Shown: positions 10,042 through 20,487, numbered from the stretch's first letter. The stretch: DNA of 64,000 bases from a virus (IMGVR_UViG_3300037189_027540:3599-67598); one strand, 5' to 3'. A program made the numbers and translations. The notes: generated by a model from the letters alone, not told the origin.

Positions 10042-10744
10042 ATATCTTTACCAACCTTTTGACATGTAAATGGCCTATCATTGCATCTTGATTTAAATCT
10101 CTAAATGAATTCATGTCATCTAACACTAAAATATCATTAACTCTAGGCACTCTTAGATAGAGGGTTTGGCCTTTCTTCATAACATGATTCCAGAGACTAC
10201 ATAATAGCCATGCGGCCTGTTGTCCGTCATTGTCATCAACGTGATCTGCGCTAATGACATTTCCTAGTATCTCTCTCTTGCTAAATTGCCATGTGATAGG
10301 TTCTAAATCAAGAGCCGCTTGTTTAACCAGCTGTAACTTTACCTGGGCATTTAAATCGTATGTGGCAAATATGTTGATTTCGCCACCATAGTGTGGTATC
10401 CTTATCGCTACATCGCTTAATTCTCTTTTTGCGCTATCAATATCACCATAGCAATCGAACTTTAGCGATCTAGATATATTCAGACGATGGTGAAGGGCAT
10501 GTCGCACATTGAATCTAATGCTACCTGGGCTGGTAATGCTTATCACGTCTTGTACAATCACGTAATAAATTCCACTAGGCGCCATGACTGACAAGGCATT
10601 TTCTAAACTTGGATGTAGTCCACTTTGAAACATTATGCTAACATTAAAGACGCCTAGTTGTATACGCGTATCGGGGTCGTTGTGCGCCTTATCGCAAGCT
10701 TCACATTTGCATTCGAACGGATAATTTAAGCAACCATTTAACAT
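10031..10744 (-). CDS. Hypothetical protein with N-terminal Cys cluster
   Basis: 237 aa; N-terminal 'CLNYPFECKCEAC'. Confidence 0.55.
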   Translation of the reverse strand: MLNGCLNYPFECKCEACDKAHNDPDTRIQLGVFNVSIMFQSGLHPSLENALSVMAPSGIYYVIVQDVISITSPGSIRFNVRHALHHRLNISRSLKFDCYGDIDSAKRELSDVAIRIPHYGGEINIFATYDLNAQVKLQLVKQAALDLEPITWQFSKREILGNVISADHVDDNDGQQAAWLLCSLWNHVMKKGQTLYLRVPRVNDILVLDDMNSFRDLNQDAMIGHLHVKRLVKIYEI

Positions 10745-10751
10745 ACTTTAA

Positions 10752-13514
10752 TTACATATCGCCTGGTGCAAATATTAAGTCTTGCATGCTACCTGTAAAT
10801 CCCGGAAACATATCCAGGCCTTTGCAATACTCATCGACGCTGTCATCACATGGTATGGCAATAGTGCTATTCGGTGGAAACACCGCGAAGTAAAAAAGAT
10901 TAGATTGGCTAAACACAGTATTATTGGTAGTAAATGTCTTAGGCATGATAGTTATAATGTAATCTTGGCTAGTCCGAAGAGGTACACTAAATGAATCCTC
11001 AGTGTAATCTCCATTGTTAGCGTAAGTGGCGGTTTCGTCATTTCCGTAAGAAGCGATAATACCGCCTAGACCAGTAAATTCCCCGTTAGTGTTATAGGCA
11101 TAGGAGTAAATGCTCACTTTATATCCGTTTCGGAATATAGTGCTGAGCTTAATGGTGTAGTCACCGTTACTCACACTTGCTCCCAATAGCCTTGCCTTTT
11201 TAAGCCTCAATGCTAAGAAATATGTTCTTGATCCAGCATTACGACCGCCAATGCCAAGTGCTCCAGACCTCGCATCCAATGGTTTAAGCGGCAAGCACGA
11301 GTTTAGTTCCCTGTATACTAAAGGTGTGAGAGCAGTTAAGCCGTCTAAACCGCCAGGGTTAGTGGTCCCACTGCACCCTACAGCCGTTATATATGAGGGT
11401 ATTCTAGGTGCGGGGCTTCTGGTGTTTACTGTTGACACACCAGTTGTGACGTCGATGCTAACCCTATATTCAGATAGAGTTTTTACGTCATACTTGGCTT
11501 TTAACTGCGCTGATGGCTCCCAGACCAAGGGCACAAACGGTAGATTTAGGCTAATTCCCGTACTACCTGCTGCGTCCCCGGGATACTTTGCCGTTCCCCA
11601 CCCTCCTGTTATATAGTTGACTGGATTATTCTCTATGTCTCTTAATGATATAGCCCATTCAGCGTAACTACCCAAGCCATTACGATCGGCGACCTTAAAT
11701 ACCAAATATAATTCTGTGTTTCCTTGGATAGTGAGGCAAAAAACACCAGCGTGTATGTATAGATTAAATCGCTTTCCTACAGTATAATACTTTGGTTCGT
11801 CCCATGGTACGCCGTAAGTAAAGTCCCGATCGTACCTTTTCATTACGATCCCTTGCGTACCGCCGTCAATGCCAAAGCCAAACGGGTTTTGTCCCACTGG
11901 ATAAATCTTTTGTCCATTCCAGCATTCCGCACCTTCCCACGATTCGATCCCTTTATAACAGTATAGGTTATCAGCGCCGATCCCTACGCTATTACCGCTT
12001 GGTCCGAAGGTGGCACCTGGGTAAAAAGCACCACCTGTAGCCTTGCTAATACGATTAACACGGTCTAACAAAGTATCAGGACACGGCACTCGATCAAATT
12101 GGACGTTACCTGTAGGCACTTTATGTAGCACCATGCTGATCTGAAGAGTATCAAACGCTGACACATTGCATTTCGAAACATCGCAAAGATTTCGAACAAC
12201 TGGAAGATTGCCGCCGCCACCGCCGCCGCCACCGCCTACCGGAGCCCCAGGAGCGCCAGGCGTTACAGTGGTAGGCAAGAAAGGATTGGGGCCGGGGCCA
12301 GGTCCGGGAACTACGCCACCGGGAGGTTGAGTAGAGGTGGTAGGTGCAGGCGTAGTGATGGTAGTGCTCGTCGCAATAGGGTTAGACGTCACTCCACCAC
12401 CGATAAAACCGTCGCCTGGGTCGCATTTGACCGTTTCACCAACATAGCCTTTTAATGCATCTCCGCCAACAGTAATCGTATCACTAGTGCCACGCGGATT
12501 TAACCGGATCTTAGCAACACCTGCAGCATTGGCCGCAACTGACTCCATATGTTGCCTTGCGCCGTCATTCTTTGTCATGCTGATACAGCGTTCTAAAGCG
12601 CAGCATAGAGCTTTTCTCTGCTCATCGTACAAAACGCTCATCGTCTTAAGCCAGTATTCTACCACGTTCTCGTAACCGTTTTTTAACAACGTTAACTCGG
12701 ACTTGAATTTTTCCTCTACAGTTGACACAATAGGTCCTGCATCTACATAATAGAGATTACTGACGCCCGGATTAGGGTTATTTGTTACCACTAACCAATC
12801 AGACGCTGCATTAGATGCAGAAACATACTGTGCTGCATTACCCGACCCAGACAGCAACTCTCTTGTTACCAAGAGGTCGTAGGTAACGTTGTCTATATTC
12901 TGCCTAACGTTCACGTCTGTTATGATTCGTTGCGTGGCGCCAGTGGCTTGTAGATACTCATTAGCACTCGTAATGGTGCACGCTGGTGCTGAGCCGCTCA
13001 ATCCCTGCTGGCCAGCCGGTCCACATGGCACATTATCATAGCCACGTGGACCCCTAACACCTTGGTCACCACGAGTCCCAGATGGCCCCGTAAAAATATA
13101 TTGCCCTCGTGACTGTAATTCCTTAGCTAGCTCAGGCAAATTAAGTGAGAAATCAATAGCATAGGTGTTATTGCTGACTTTCAGTGGCACTTCTGGGTAC
13201 AAAGGCTGCTGCGGAAATTGAGCGGTGCTAGCTATCTCCAAGAAAGAGTCACCTGGAGTTAATGAAACATTGCCGGATGCATACTCGATTTGACAGTCTT
13301 GCCCTTGAATAGAGGTTTGCTTGATGTCGAGCGGGTAGTTTAATAATTTTACGTAATCACTAGCTTGCATTAAGCCATTCGAAATTTCAGTTGAAGTAGG
13401 CTCTGGCATAGTGCCTGATGTCAGGATCCAAGATTTCAATGCTTCATCATAAGTGTAAAATATGCCTGGTCTTGCATGGTAAACTTCACCTGGAGACGGA
13501 TTCGGCGGGAACAT
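10752..13514 (-). CDS. Collagen-repeat-containing virion/fibre protein (920 aa)
   Basis: N-terminal 'FPPNPSPGEVY', Gly-X-Y run (GPSGTRGDQGVRGPRG...GPAGQQGLSG), coiled segment, T/P/G-rich linker and a beta-rich C-terminal domain. Confidence 0.7.
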   Translation of the reverse strand: MFPPNPSPGEVYHARPGIFYTYDEALKSWILTSGTMPEPTSTEISNGLMQASDYVKLLNYPLDIKQTSIQGQDCQIEYASGNVSLTPGDSFLEIASTAQFPQQPLYPEVPLKVSNNTYAIDFSLNLPELAKELQSRGQYIFTGPSGTRGDQGVRGPRGYDNVPCGPAGQQGLSGSAPACTITSANEYLQATGATQRIITDVNVRQNIDNVTYDLLVTRELLSGSGNAAQYVSASNAASDWLVVTNNPNPGVSNLYYVDAGPIVSTVEEKFKSELTLLKNGYENVVEYWLKTMSVLYDEQRKALCCALERCISMTKNDGARQHMESVAANAAGVAKIRLNPRGTSDTITVGGDALKGYVGETVKCDPGDGFIGGGVTSNPIATSTTITTPAPTTSTQPPGGVVPGPGPGPNPFLPTTVTPGAPGAPVGGGGGGGGGNLPVVRNLCDVSKCNVSAFDTLQISMVLHKVPTGNVQFDRVPCPDTLLDRVNRISKATGGAFYPGATFGPSGNSVGIGADNLYCYKGIESWEGAECWNGQKIYPVGQNPFGFGIDGGTQGIVMKRYDRDFTYGVPWDEPKYYTVGKRFNLYIHAGVFCLTIQGNTELYLVFKVADRNGLGSYAEWAISLRDIENNPVNYITGGWGTAKYPGDAAGSTGISLNLPFVPLVWEPSAQLKAKYDVKTLSEYRVSIDVTTGVSTVNTRSPAPRIPSYITAVGCSGTTNPGGLDGLTALTPLVYRELNSCLPLKPLDARSGALGIGGRNAGSRTYFLALRLKKARLLGASVSNGDYTIKLSTIFRNGYKVSIYSYAYNTNGEFTGLGGIIASYGNDETATYANNGDYTEDSFSVPLRTSQDYIITIMPKTFTTNNTVFSQSNLFYFAVFPPNSTIAIPCDDSVDEYCKGLDMFPGFTGSMQDLIFAPGDM

Positions 13515-13516
13515 AT

Positions 13517-14926
13517 TTAGAACCTGATATTGAAAGTGTTGTTATTAGATTGGAAAGAGCCAACATTGCCACCATAGTTTAGTTGGTTTTCCAGCAAAAA
13601 ACCGTAGGCCGGACTAGAAGTGGTGACTATCCCAATTCCAGGCTCGCCACCTGGGCCACCCGGATCGTTAGGGTTACTGCCTGGTCCGGGTCCGGTGCCT
13701 GGCTTAGGCCCCGGACCAGTTGGCATATACGTCGTAGTAGTGTTAGCGGGAGATGGTGTAAGTCTAAGCTGCTCTGGAGGGGCGTTACAGTTTACGAAAC
13801 TGATAGCGTATTCTATACTTGGCAGATTGAATTGGCATTGCGTCAATTGCTCAGAAAGAGTCGCTAAGTTACTGCGAGCCTTGGAATCAACGGCTCCAAT
13901 ATAGGCTTTTACTGTTTTACCATAGTCAGCATCTACCTTTTTCAATTCTGTGATGTAATACTGCACCAAATCTTGGACGAAAGTCCTCAAGCTGTAGGTG
14001 TTATTTAATTCGACCTTGTTAAGTTTAGCACCGGTTTCTGGTACTCTAGTTAAGTATACCTCACCGACAGTGTCGCCGGGGGGCGCTAAAAATGCGTAAT
14101 CTTTTAGTCTTGATGCCTTACACAAATCGCCAGTGATTTCAGGGTACGCTATCGAACGTCCAATGGTGGCTGGACGTAATTGCTCGGCTATGACCGAAGG
14201 CGCTGTGATTGGCGCATCCGTTAGTACCATTTTGCATCCATAGCCGCCAGTGTCAAGGATAGCTAAGTCAACCACTCCCCTCTCTGTAATCGAATCTAAG
14301 TCATTATATTCGATCTTGTTTAGCGTGCAGCTAGTTAACGTGTTTTGCCCAGCCACGCCAATGATACCGGCAGGACCTTCACTAAATCCAGGTGCGCCTC
14401 TAGGGCCAATCAGACCAGTTGCCCCTTTAGCTCCTGTGGCGATCGGTGGTTTAATTATTAATGTTCTTAGAAACTGCTCAGTTAGCTTGACGCTAATGGC
14501 TTGAAAATTTTGGATGTTTTCGCATTGCAAGATCTGTAAAGTTCCAGGTTTGCAATAAGCTGGAGATTGATTCTCACCTATAAGACATGAAATATTTAGA
14601 CTGTCTGAGACTAACATTATTCGACCATTAATCGTACCTTCGGGGTTAGTGGGTGTTACCAAGACAGCTTGCGGTTGCACCACGATTGAAAAACCGCCAG
14701 GTTTCTCGGGAATGCTATCTAGGAACTGCTTATCTTCAGCCGATATTATACCACTAATTTTATCCGACACCAACTGCGTGACAGCAATTGGCCCTGATAA
14801 TTCCCACACTTGTTCTAAGCCATTGAAGACCCACTTATCTCCATTTTGATCTACGTAGATCTGCCCCGTGAACGCTTTGCTAGGCAAAAACGTTGCAACA
14901 CCATTATTCGACGAAAATGAAGCCAT
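13517..14926 (-). CDS. Collagen-repeat-containing virion protein, paralog of 10752..13514
   Basis: Same architecture as its neighbour: N-terminal 'FLPSKAFTGQIY...KW', Gly-X-Y run (GAKGATGLIGPRGAPG...GPAGIIGVAG), coiled segment, P/G/T tail. Confidence 0.7.
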   Translation of the reverse strand: MASFSSNNGVATFLPSKAFTGQIYVDQNGDKWVFNGLEQVWELSGPIAVTQLVSDKISGIISAEDKQFLDSIPEKPGGFSIVVQPQAVLVTPTNPEGTINGRIMLVSDSLNISCLIGENQSPAYCKPGTLQILQCENIQNFQAISVKLTEQFLRTLIIKPPIATGAKGATGLIGPRGAPGFSEGPAGIIGVAGQNTLTSCTLNKIEYNDLDSITERGVVDLAILDTGGYGCKMVLTDAPITAPSVIAEQLRPATIGRSIAYPEITGDLCKASRLKDYAFLAPPGDTVGEVYLTRVPETGAKLNKVELNNTYSLRTFVQDLVQYYITELKKVDADYGKTVKAYIGAVDSKARSNLATLSEQLTQCQFNLPSIEYAISFVNCNAPPEQLRLTPSPANTTTTYMPTGPGPKPGTGPGPGSNPNDPGGPGGEPGIGIVTTSSPAYGFLLENQLNYGGNVGSFQSNNNTFNIRF

Positions 14927-14989
14927 TTTCTACCCAAACATAAACAAATGGGCTCTCTTTAAGTATATTTAATATCAAGGGTAGTAAAA

Positions 14990-16498
14990 ATGGATCAGCT
15001 AGTAGAGAAGTTACCAGAGTTGCAAGCCAAAATTGAGTCCTACAGGAATGTACTTGGGAGCGGACTTGGTATGAAGTGGGTGAACGGATTACCCACAGAC
15101 CAACCTGCCATCATCGTATTTGTTCAAGAAAAATATGACCTAGAAAATGAATTCTTTGCCCATGCCGCAGATACGCTCGTGCCAAGTGAGATCGATGGCA
15201 TCAAGACTGACATAATATCAGTCGGACACTTAATTCCACACATCAGGGCGCAACTCGAAACTGATAATAAAGAATACTGCGCAAAGAAAAGACCTTTGAC
15301 TCCCGGCTACAGCATAGCACACGGATCAGTGTCAGCTGGGACCCTAGGTGGATTTTTCGTAGATAAGGATTATGAGCTAGTCATATTAAGCAACAGTCAC
15401 GTCCTAGCCCATGAAGGAAAAGCCAAAGCTGGAGATCTGATTTACCAGCCCGGACCAGCTGACGGCAATCAAGTTATACAATTTGCTGGCTGGAATCAGC
15501 CAACGGCCGATATCCCATATGTGGCAAGCTTAAAAGATTTTGTACCGTTCGCTGACACTAATACTCAAGACAGCGCTATCGCCAAAATACCACATGAATT
15601 ATTTGCAGCAGGTATCGTTAATCCGATCTACCCGAAAATGAATAAACCCATTGGGGGTGTCACAGACGCAGCTGTCGGCTTAAGCCTGCAGAAAGTGGGT
15701 CGGACCACAGGTTACACTGTTGGCAAAATATTAGCTACGGGTGCGTCTTTCACCATCCAATATGAATGTGGCGCAGTTAAATTCGAAAATGTGATAGTCA
15801 CCAGCGCTATGAGTGCCCCAGGTGACAGCGGATCGTTAGTATTCGACACAGATATGAATATGGTAGGATTGCTTTTCGCTGGTAGTGCAAGAGTCACCCT
15901 ATTAAATCCTATCAGACCAGTACTAGAACGCTACGGTTTGCAGCCTTATAGAGGCGGCCCCATATTGCAAAGCTTCTCGGCAAACGCTGGCTGGATAGCT
16001 TCTTCGAACAGACCCAACGCTATCCAGCGTAATGGAGACTTAGTCTTAATAGATTCTTGCGCCAATGAGTACGCCTTCATTGAACATATCGTCGAAGGTG
16101 TGACGAAGGTATCAGTGAGTATCAACACAGGAACTGACACAGGAAGCCTATTAGGGCCTGGCATCACCATTCGTTACCAAGAGGGATACATCACATTGAA
16201 CCTCCGACACAATTGCTGCTACGGTTTTACCATGAATGATCAAGAATATCTTAACATGGGTAGAGTAAAGCCTGACACATCTTATCACCTCTCTGTAGAG
16301 GAAATCGGCGAAAAGATCATTGGTAAGATTACTGCAGATGAACGTGATGTTGAGGTCTTTAATATTCCAAAAGCTCTATTCCCTTCAAAAGCAAATAAAG
16401 TGCGCATAGGCAAAGTGGGGGCAACAGGCGGTGCGTTCAATGGCTCAGACCTTGGTGAACCTGGTCAATGCAGTTTATCGAACATTTGTACGATATAA
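14990..16498 (+). CDS. Trypsin-like (S1 clan, Nal1-like) serine protease with C-terminal extension
   Basis: 'AGTLGGF', His in 'LSNSHVL', Asp in 'QDSAIA', 'KVGRTTGYTVG', catalytic 'PGDSGS', 'VGLLFAG'. Confidence 0.85.
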   Translation: MDQLVEKLPELQAKIESYRNVLGSGLGMKWVNGLPTDQPAIIVFVQEKYDLENEFFAHAADTLVPSEIDGIKTDIISVGHLIPHIRAQLETDNKEYCAKKRPLTPGYSIAHGSVSAGTLGGFFVDKDYELVILSNSHVLAHEGKAKAGDLIYQPGPADGNQVIQFAGWNQPTADIPYVASLKDFVPFADTNTQDSAIAKIPHELFAAGIVNPIYPKMNKPIGGVTDAAVGLSLQKVGRTTGYTVGKILATGASFTIQYECGAVKFENVIVTSAMSAPGDSGSLVFDTDMNMVGLLFAGSARVTLLNPIRPVLERYGLQPYRGGPILQSFSANAGWIASSNRPNAIQRNGDLVLIDSCANEYAFIEHIVEGVTKVSVSINTGTDTGSLLGPGITIRYQEGYITLNLRHNCCYGFTMNDQEYLNMGRVKPDTSYHLSVEEIGEKIIGKITADERDVEVFNIPKALFPSKANKVRIGKVGATGGAFNGSDLGEPGQCSLSNICTI

Positions 16499-16849
16499 CG
16501 CTCTGCAATAAATAGTGCCAGATGGTGCTGCTGTTATCATTTTAGCTCTGACATATTGTGCTAGCGCACCAGTATATGCTGCTGGCTCATTAGCTTCATT
16601 AACCTCTCTCCAGGCCGCAGTTACATCTAGGCCGAACGGTTTATAGTATCCGTCTGGCAACAAGTACTTTTGGTCTGCACTAGATATAGTTATTGCTACA
16701 GGTGAAATATTTGGATCATCGAATTCCCCAGTACAAAATACACATAAGATTGGGCTACGACTCTTTATAAACGTTGGCATGGTGTCATATGGGATAATCG
16801 GCAAAATCTTTCTGATTTCGAAGTACGACCACTCTTCAGGATTATTCAC
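16475..16849 (-). CDS. Hypothetical protein
   Basis: 124-aa ORF convergent with the protease gene. Confidence 0.45.
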   Translation of the reverse strand: MNNPEEWSYFEIRKILPIIPYDTMPTFIKSRSPILCVFCTGEFDDPNISPVAITISSADQKYLLPDGYYKPFGLDVTAAWREVNEANEPAAYTGALAQYVRAKMITAAPSGTIYCRALYRTNVR

Positions 16850-16967
16850 CGTTATGATCCCATGTTTTAAGGTATGACAATGATTACTCCGTAACTATAT
16901 TCGCCGCTGTATTGGAATAAATAGCATGTATCACCTCAATTTGAACATAAGTAAGTGACTATCTAGG

Positions 16968-17879
16968 GTGTATATGTTGAAACAGTTCGATCATATTCAG
17001 TATAACGATGACCTCCATGCTTACCGCTCAAATGGAAAACTGTTAAGGTCGGTGACGCAAATAATTGCTGCCAAGATCAAGCAGCCATTCGACACTGAAG
17101 CAATCAGCGCTAAAGTCGCTAAAAAACAAGGTAGGACTATAGCTGAAGTGCAGGCTGAATGGGAGCGAAAAGGCTTAATAGGACGTAACAAAGGCACCCA
17201 AACGCATAACTACATCGAGTTAAAGCTTAATAAGTCTTCAGAAACGCTAATTGAAGCAGATGAGCATGTACCCATAGAATGTAAAGCGTTCGATAAATTT
17301 TGGACTAGATTCTCTAAAGACAAAAAGGCACGCTGCTTGATTCAAGAATGGCCCATCGGTGACGCAGAATGGGGAATTGCTGGCAAATTGGACACAGTGC
17401 TAGAATTAACTGAAGATAATATTTCAAACAATTATATTTTCGACTGGAAAACGGGTAAATTCGAAACATTCAGCGGATTTAATACTTTAAAGGCACCATT
17501 CGATGATTTAGATGAGAACCAACTGAACATATATTCGATACAAGTCAGTTTATATCGCTTGTTGCTCGATAAACATACTGATCTTAACATAAAAGATAGT
17601 TACTTGGTGCACTTGTCGGCAGATGGCGCATACAAAGTGCACAAGGCCCTAGACTTTAGAACAAGATTAGCTGAATGGCTTAAATGTAATGGCCATAGCT
17701 TCGTCGACGAGACTCAATGTGCTCGTTATGATCAAATGGCCACCTACATACGCAATAATATTATGAAGGATAAACAACGACTAACATACGACACAGTTGA
17801 TAACCTGCTAAATATGTGCGGCGTTATAGTAGATATGCTTCATTCAGAGCAGGCCGCTTTTAAATGGTCTAAACGTTAA
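16968..17879 (+). CDS. PD-(D/E)XK nuclease superfamily protein (phage exonuclease-like)
   Basis: 'SVTQII', 'GTQTHNYIE', 'IAGKLD', 'IFDWKTG', 'QVSLY'. No Cas4-type Fe-S cysteine set. Confidence 0.85.
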   Translation: MYMLKQFDHIQYNDDLHAYRSNGKLLRSVTQIIAAKIKQPFDTEAISAKVAKKQGRTIAEVQAEWERKGLIGRNKGTQTHNYIELKLNKSSETLIEADEHVPIECKAFDKFWTRFSKDKKARCLIQEWPIGDAEWGIAGKLDTVLELTEDNISNNYIFDWKTGKFETFSGFNTLKAPFDDLDENQLNIYSIQVSLYRLLLDKHTDLNIKDSYLVHLSADGAYKVHKALDFRTRLAEWLKCNGHSFVDETQCARYDQMATYIRNNIMKDKQRLTYDTVDNLLNMCGVIVDMLHSEQAAFKWSKR

Positions 17880-17894
17880 TTCAGTGCGTTAACA

Positions 17895-17931
17895 CACCGT
17901 AGGCCGCATTAATCTAATGCGGCCTACGGTG
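17895..17931. terminator. Perfect 17-bp inverted repeat between convergent genes (likely bidirectional terminator)
   Basis: CACCGTAGGCCGCATTA-atc-TAATGCGGCCTACGGTG, lying between the stops of 16968..17879 (+) and 17937..18257 (-). Confidence 0.8.
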
Positions 17932-17936
17932 AGTGA

Positions 17937-18257
17937 TTACTTGCTTTCAGGAACGCCAGCATTGACTGTTAGCGACACAGCCTCGCCAGCGATCACAGTG
18001 ATGTCTTGGACTGCGGTAAGGAATACTTCGCCTTCTCCGATGCGAGCATCGGCAGTGAAGGTAACTTGCGCATTGCCGAGTTTGCCAGTAGTTAACGCTA
18101 CCACGGCTAATTCATTACCATCCACCACTGCAAGAGTAAGAACAGATTCGTCAGAAGAAATCCACTTGGGATTTTCGACTGCTGCTGCATTATGCGCTGC
18201 AGATTCAGGAGTAACGGATAATAGGACTTTCTGGTTATCAGTCAAAATCAAAGCCAT
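17937..18257 (-). CDS. Small Ig-like domain virion protein
   Basis: 'KWISSDESVLTL' resembles the bacterial Ig-like WxSSDxxV motif; AAGGAG RBS. Confidence 0.65.
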   Translation of the reverse strand: MALILTDNQKVLLSVTPESAAHNAAAVENPKWISSDESVLTLAVVDGNELAVVALTTGKLGNAQVTFTADARIGEGEVFLTAVQDITVIAGEAVSLTVNAGVPESK

Positions 18258-18258
18258 T

Positions 18259-18495
18259 TTAACTCCTTAAGGTCACTGGACCCACGTTGATAGAAAGAGA
18301 AGATGCATCTGACTTGATGATCTCTGGTTGCACATCGCGGACAAGTAGTGCCACCCATTTATCTTTACCCAGCCACCATCTCGCAGGGTGGCATTCAACG
18401 AATTTCACTACCCAACCCTTATTTACCATTAAATTAGCGCGATGGCTAAGACCATCTGGAGTTGCATCTTCCATAACATAAATGCATCGCTTCAT
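18259..18495 (-). CDS. Hypothetical protein
   Basis: 78-aa ORF tightly packed between two minus-strand genes. Confidence 0.5.
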   Translation of the reverse strand: MKRCIYVMEDATPDGLSHRANLMVNKGWVVKFVECHPARWWLGKDKWVALLVRDVQPEIIKSDASSLSINVGPVTLRS

Positions 18496-18498
18496 TTA

Positions 18499-19626
18499 TT
18501 AGCAGTCTCCAGCGCACTTAGAACAGTGGTCTTCACAGACTTCTTCGATATTTATCTTACCGCTGCCAATAGCTTCTTCGACTTTTTGCATTGCCAGGTT
18601 ACACCGCATGCTTTCACGTGGCAGTGAGCAATCGCTAATTTCCCAATCTATTACTGTCACGCCTTTACGACTGTCGATGAACCATATACAGACTTCGACG
18701 GTTGCATCACCAACCTTAAATGTCTTATAGCAGCGGTGTTTTTTGTCCTCATAAATCGAGTCAGGGTCATTATAGGCCATTTCGGTGACCACACTGCGAC
18801 GCTTGCTCTCTAAGAGATAAGGGGCAGATGGCTTGTGCTGCATGCCAGCTTCCGATTCGATGCATTGTTCGCAGATGTCTTCGAGGTCGACCTTTCCGCT
18901 GTTGATGGCGTCTTCAACTTTTTGCATCGCCATGTCACATTCTGGTCCGCGTGGCAGTGAGCAATCCTCGCATTCCCAATCTTTAACTGTTACGCCACGG
19001 CCTGTATCTGTGTACCAGATGTGTACGGTAACGATCGCATTACCGACTTTGAAGTCTTTCCTGCAGTCGCCTTTTTCACTAAGATACGATGCGTTGGGGT
19101 CATTCAACCTTGATCCGTGATAAGGTAAATGATCTGGTTCATTAAAGGCCATTTCGGTGAACACACTTGGATCTTCAGTCAGCATGCTAGCGATCGCGCA
19201 TGGATCGACCGCATTTTCTGCCACTTGATCACCATCTGGCTTAGCGGCTTGACTATTTGATGGTGCTGAGGCAGCACGACCACGAGCACCCCTGTATGCA
19301 GAAGTATCCTTCAGATCAGAAAGATTTACATTATTCTTAGTAGCCAGGTTCTCTAACAATTTCACAAACTCAGCTGGATTATCGAGATTGTCAGTCTGAT
19401 AGGATGTTACATACCTGATAGCTTTGGCCATATCGCCTGGAAATCTCTTCACTGCATCCGCTAATGCTTCCTTAAATACTGCAGATGCGTTCTGTTGTTC
19501 GATACCCCTAACCATTGCAGGGGGTGAAGGAGGAGGCATATCAGCCTCACTTAAGATTCCTGGGGTCCGAATCTCGCTAGGATCACTGGTTAACATGCTA
19601 GCGATAAAACGTGGATCTACTGACAT
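18499..19626 (-). CDS. Hypothetical protein with an internally duplicated Cys-rich domain
   Basis: Two copies of 'TEMA(F/Y)N(E/D)PD...C.K.FKVG.A.V.V.IW..D...GVTV.DWE..DCSLPR...C..AMQKVE.AI.SGK...E..CE..C'. Confidence 0.75.
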   Translation of the reverse strand: MSVDPRFIASMLTSDPSEIRTPGILSEADMPPPSPPAMVRGIEQQNASAVFKEALADAVKRFPGDMAKAIRYVTSYQTDNLDNPAEFVKLLENLATKNNVNLSDLKDTSAYRGARGRAASAPSNSQAAKPDGDQVAENAVDPCAIASMLTEDPSVFTEMAFNEPDHLPYHGSRLNDPNASYLSEKGDCRKDFKVGNAIVTVHIWYTDTGRGVTVKDWECEDCSLPRGPECDMAMQKVEDAINSGKVDLEDICEQCIESEAGMQHKPSAPYLLESKRRSVVTEMAYNDPDSIYEDKKHRCYKTFKVGDATVEVCIWFIDSRKGVTVIDWEISDCSLPRESMRCNLAMQKVEEAIGSGKINIEEVCEDHCSKCAGDC

Positions 19627-19668
19627 AACAGGAATCCTCTCAATACGTATAATAATTTTGCCTTGCGC

Positions 19669-20487
19669 TTAGCTGGTAGAATATCCGAAATAATCATAAT
19701 ACCATTTATATTCCGCTTTTACAGCATTAACGACTCGATCACCTAAAACCTCCCGCTGATTATCTGGCACCAACTCTAATTTAGGAGCGATAACGTGGCT
19801 GCCAAATATGCCATAGACGGCATCGTCTTCCTTGGTGAATTGCTCAATGTTACTAAAATCATGCTGATAGCGGTGGATGCCTAGATAGTCATAAATTCGA
19901 TTTATTTGATCTACTGGATGAGCGCATAGATCTTCGTATCTGATGAAGCATATTCTCTTGTCTATACCTTGTAATATTAACTGCGATAGCCTCTCGACCG
20001 CTATTCCAATTGGTGGTTGTTTTAGCCAATAGATGACGCGCTTCTCGGTGGTCGTATTGGTTAAATCTTGATGATTAATCGGGATATTGTGCGTGATTGG
20101 GTTCTCTCTAAATTTCTTTTCCATGGAGGTAAGAATGCAACCTAGATCTCTCACCATACAGATTATCTTCGGGTCTGGTCTAATTAGATTCAACAGATCA
20201 TAATGTATCGCCCATCCTCTGCTCTTGTCGATAACATAGGGTTTATTAGTAATAGCTTGATAATATCCATGCATTCCTTGGCGGCAAAAATTCACGAACC
20301 CCTTCGACATAGCATCAGCATCTTGTGCTTTAAATTCCAGCGAATTGCTGAAGCTTAGCCTTGCTGAATATATCAATTCTAGCACGCCGCTAGTCGGAGT
20401 GCTGTAAACTAATGGATTTTGCGCTAGTATATTCTGAAGTAACGTGCTACCACTGCGCGGCAACGAGCTTTGGTAAAAGATCTGCAT
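19669..20487 (-). CDS. Sulfotransferase family protein
   Basis: 5'-PSB loop 'SSLPRSGSTLLQNIL', 'IDKSRGW', 3'-PB 'KIICMVRD', 'IRYEDL'. Confidence 0.88.
   Translation of the reverse strand: MQIFYQSSLPRSGSTLLQNILAQNPLVYSTPTSGVLELIYSARLSFSNSLEFKAQDADAMSKGFVNFCRQGMHGYYQAITNKPYVIDKSRGWAIHYDLLNLIRPDPKIICMVRDLGCILTSMEKKFRENPITHNIPINHQDLTNTTTEKRVIYWLKQPPIGIAVERLSQLILQGIDKRICFIRYEDLCAHPVDQINRIYDYLGIHRYQHDFSNIEQFTKEDDAVYGIFGSHVIAPKLELVPDNQREVLGDRVVNAVKAEYKWYYDYFGYSTS

Noticed and set aside
8319-10744. Restriction-modification system around the C5 methyltransferase
   Set aside because: The neighbouring ORFs show no recognisable endonuclease motif, so the MTase is treated as an orphan.
16968-17879. PD-(D/E)XK nuclease considered as Cas4 of a CRISPR system
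   Set aside because: It lacks the four-Cys Fe-S motif, and no cas genes or array are present in the window.
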